NCBI RefSeq assembly: GCF_963506605.1
Contig: NC_083292.1
Coordinates: 35,836,001 to 35,900,000, forward strand
Length of the DNA stretch: 64,000 nucleotides
Origin: Zootoca vivipara
Taxonomy: Eukaryota
Reading direction: 5' to 3'
Part shown: one piece after another, positions 60,868 through 64,000 of the stretch
How the letters are laid out: each line of letters starts with the position of its first letter
Position numbering within the stretch: the first letter of the stretch is position 1
Program-made: the position numbers and the translations under genes
The notes under the pieces: model-generated
Told to the model about the DNA's origin: nothing
Database searches by the model: none
The model's input: the letters and a program-made list of their open reading frames with translations, nothing else

Positions 60868-61833
60868 GCATCCTCATGGAGTCCTTAATGGTTGGGAGAC
60901 GCCCCTTCACACTTAATGTCTCAATTATCCACGATCAAAATCTGCTGCTTCCATCATAGTCTAAAATTGCTTTAATAAGCCAAACGTTGTCAGGATGCCA
61001 ACTCTGTAATCAGCTTATTACACAACATGTTCATTTCCCCCCCCCCCCATTTCTTCCCTCCGGGGATTGTACACTGTGTTCCGTTGGCTTGGGAAGGAGT
61101 CTCGTTGGGAGGAAAAGTGGGACTTATTTCCTTTCGTTCTGTTTTTAAATATACAGCATTTTTTTAAAAATGAAAATACAAAGAAAGAGCAACTACGATA
61201 GAGCCCCCAAGTGTCCTTGTTTTCCTGGGGACAGTCCTTGATGTACAGAAGCTCACCCAGTCTCTGATTTGGTCCCAGAATGTCCCACTTTTCCTTAGGA
61301 TGTCCCTATTTTCACTGAAGAAATGTTGGAGGGTATGGAGTTATACAACCCCTGAGCCTAGGAGATAAGTAATTATACAACCTTTAGAAGACACCTGAAG
61401 GCAACCATGTATAGGGTCATTTTTAAATGTCTCATGTTTTATTACATTTTTATATATGTTGAAAGCCACTCAGAGTGGCTGGGGCAACCCAGAATCTCTA
61501 GCCGTTTTTTTTTGGGGGGGTGGGGGGTTACAGGAAAAGATGTGCAGGTCCCTTCAAAGCAATTTCTGTGAGATCAGACATGAGCATGGTGGGGAACTTG
61601 TATATTTTTTTTTCTGGAAACTGAGGTTATTCACCTTTTGAAAGCCACAATTTCCAGAGTTCCTTTGTTTGTTAAAGAGTTGTTTGTTAAAGCACCCTGG
61701 AAATTATAATTCTCTGCTGGGAATAGGGGTGCCCTAACAACTTTTTGCCCCCCTTAACAAACTGCAGTTCCCATTCTTTGGGGACTTTAAATATCCATGG
61801 CTATTTACAGCACCCTAATGATGCTTTAAATGC

Positions 61834-62198
61834 GGGACACGGGTGGTGCTGTGGTCTAAACCACAGAGCCTGGGGCTTGCTGATCGGAAGGTTGGCAGTT
61901 CGAATCCCCGCGACTGGGTGAGCTCCCATTGTTCGGCCCGAGCTGCTGTCCACCTAGCAGTTCGAAACACGTCAAGTGCAAGTAGATAAATAGGTACCGC
62001 TCCGGCGGGAAGGTAAACGGCGTTTCTGTGCACTGCTCTGGTTTACCAGAAACGGCTTAGTCATGCTGGCCACATGACCCGGAAGCTGTCTGCGGACAAA
62101 CACTGGCTCCCTCAGGCTATAGAACAAGATGAGTGCATAACCCCAGAATCGTCCACGACTGGACCTAACGGTCAGGGGTACCTTTACCTTTACCTTTA
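61834..62198 (+). mobile_element. Sauria SINE
   Basis: Mirror of 36416-36781. Confidence 0.9.
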
Positions 62199-63554
62199 AT
62201 GATGCTTCACCTATATAGATGAGATGGGCCTATATCTTTTTTTAAAAAAAATGCAGACTGAATCAGATGAATTCAACTTAAGATGGGGGATATGAGAAAC
62301 AGAGAGAGATTGGAATTCATAGTCTTCAATTCCACCGTTCCCAGGATTCATTGGGGGAAGCCATGGTGATTGTGTTAAATGGATATTGTCGGTGGCACCC
62401 AAGGCCAGATTTAGGTTTGATGAAGCCCTAAGCTGCTGAAGGTAACGGGGCCCTTTATATGTCCAGCTGTCCTTTGTCAACAACAAATTATCACTGGTTT
62501 TTGTGTGTGTTGAATATATGCTTTATGATAATTTATGGACCTAATAGGTATCTAAAGCCATTTGCACATAACAAAATATGTATTTTATCAAAGTAATTGT
62601 TGAACTGAAATACAATTAAGAAGTATATTAATAGTGAAATACAATTAAGAAGAAGTATATTAATAGTTAAATTAAGCTCTAACTTAAAAGGATTTCTTAT
62701 TCATAACAAACTTAATAAGGCAAACACATTGGCATTTGGCAATAACAAAAGTTCCTTTAGAAACACAATTTACAAAGACTCATAATCTAGTCACTAGAAA
62801 CTTGCTATAACATGAAATAATAATAGGTGTAAATATATGATGCAAACTACGAATCATTCTAAATAGCTACAGTATATTAATATGAAATTAAGTGTTATAA
62901 CCTGTACAATGCAATTGTAGTTAATACAATGCATTTTTATATAATATCAGTATCACTATAGTAGTCCACACTGTTCATTGGGACAGCAGACCTTATTTGT
63001 TTTTTATCTTATATTTTGGAAATGTACACCCAGGTTTCTTTTCCTTTAATTTTTTTTGGGGGGCCCAAGAGAGTGGGGCCCTAAGCTATAGCTTGCTTAG
63101 CTTATGCGTGAATCTGGCGCTGTTGGTGCCTGATCAGCTGAATAGTGTGAACCTCACAGGGCAATTCCAGAGTCAGCAATCTTAACAGGAAAAAACCCCA
63201 CAAGCAACTTTGTGGCTAGAGGATCATCTCCATGCTTTGATGCCTTCCGCTGGTGTCAGGTACCAGGTGTTGGCTGTTTGGGTTTCCTGCTAGAGGATTC
63301 TTGATGGCTTTCCAAAATTGTTGACAAGATCAGAAGAAACCAAGAAAGCAAGTTAAGTGCCATGACCCCATGCAATCCTGCATTCCAGCATTAATTGAGC
63401 CACTTTGCACTGCTTGTAATTATTTGCCCATAAAGAAAATTGTAGTGTGTGCTTGATAAAATGCTCAGTTTATTTAATTCAAATGATCTGAATGTGTTTT
63501 TCCCAGGGTTTAATGCAAGACAAGCTTAAAGTTTGCACAGGTTGTACTTAATCT

Positions 63555-63934
63555 ACTTGAAAGATCTACATTGGCTCCCAGTACGTTTCCGAGCACAATT
63601 CAAAGTGTTGGTGCTGACCTTTAAAGCCCTAAATGGCCTTGGTCCAGTATACCTGAAGGAGCGTCTCCACCTCCATGGTTCTGCCCGGACACTGAGGTCC
63701 AGTACCAAGGGTCTTCTGGTGGTTCCCTCATTGCAAGAAGCCAAGTTGCAGGGAACCAGGCAGAGAGCCTTCTCGGTAGTGGTGCCCGCCCTGTGGAACG
63801 CTCTCCCATCAGATGTCAAAGAGAAAAACAGCTACCAGATTTTTAGAAGACATCTGAAGGCAGCCCAGTTTAGGGAGGCTTTTAATCTTTAATCGATTAT
63901 TTCATTTCATTTTTCTGTTGGAAGCCGCCCAGAG
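63555..63934 (+). mobile_element. L2 LINE 3' fragment
   Basis: Mirror of 34680-35060. Confidence 0.9.
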
Positions 63935-64000
63935 AATGAAGAAATCTCAGCTAGAGCATCCATGACAGGTGGCCATCCAACCTCTGCTTAAAAACCTCCA

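Larger units (their letters stand above)
58340..64000 (-). repeat. Right arm of second inverted repeat (g8 plus upstream), continues past the window end
   Basis: Reverse complement of 33801-40105, lacking ~33867-34680. Confidence 0.9.

Overview
Vertebrate genomic DNA from a squamate reptile. The repeats (Sauria SINE, BovB, Squam-type SINEs, L1/L2/CR1, hAT and Tc1/mariner MITEs) suggest a lizard, possibly a lacertid. The window is part of the corneous beta-protein (CBP, beta-keratin) cluster of the epidermal differentiation complex. It holds eight intact Gly-rich CBP genes (my labels g1-g8), each with a TATA box, a ~50-nt non-coding exon 1, one intron and a single coding exon, plus the promoter/exon 1 of a ninth gene (g0) that runs off the left edge. 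The nine transcription units strictly alternate in strand (-,+,-,+,-,+,-,+,-). The locus is built from nested inverted duplications: (i) an old, diverged one centred near 9 kb; (ii) a young palindrome with ~19-kb arms (9437-28299 / 39382-58342) whose 11-kb spacer carries two different promoters for near-identical coding exons; (iii) a second inverted repeat (33801-40105 / 58340-64000+) that shares g5. Main observations: a fixed TATAAAA-N25-ACAGCTT core promoter in all nine units; a gene (g8) whose 3' UTR was replaced at a 3-bp microhomology junction by an LTR supplying AATAAA; a chimeric g1 with a leftover acceptor/uORF; and a 2-kb non-autonomous L1-like retroposon with a 136-aa ORF. All comparisons were made by eye, so identities are approximate. 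An assembly artefact (haplotype duplication) cannot be excluded without reads.
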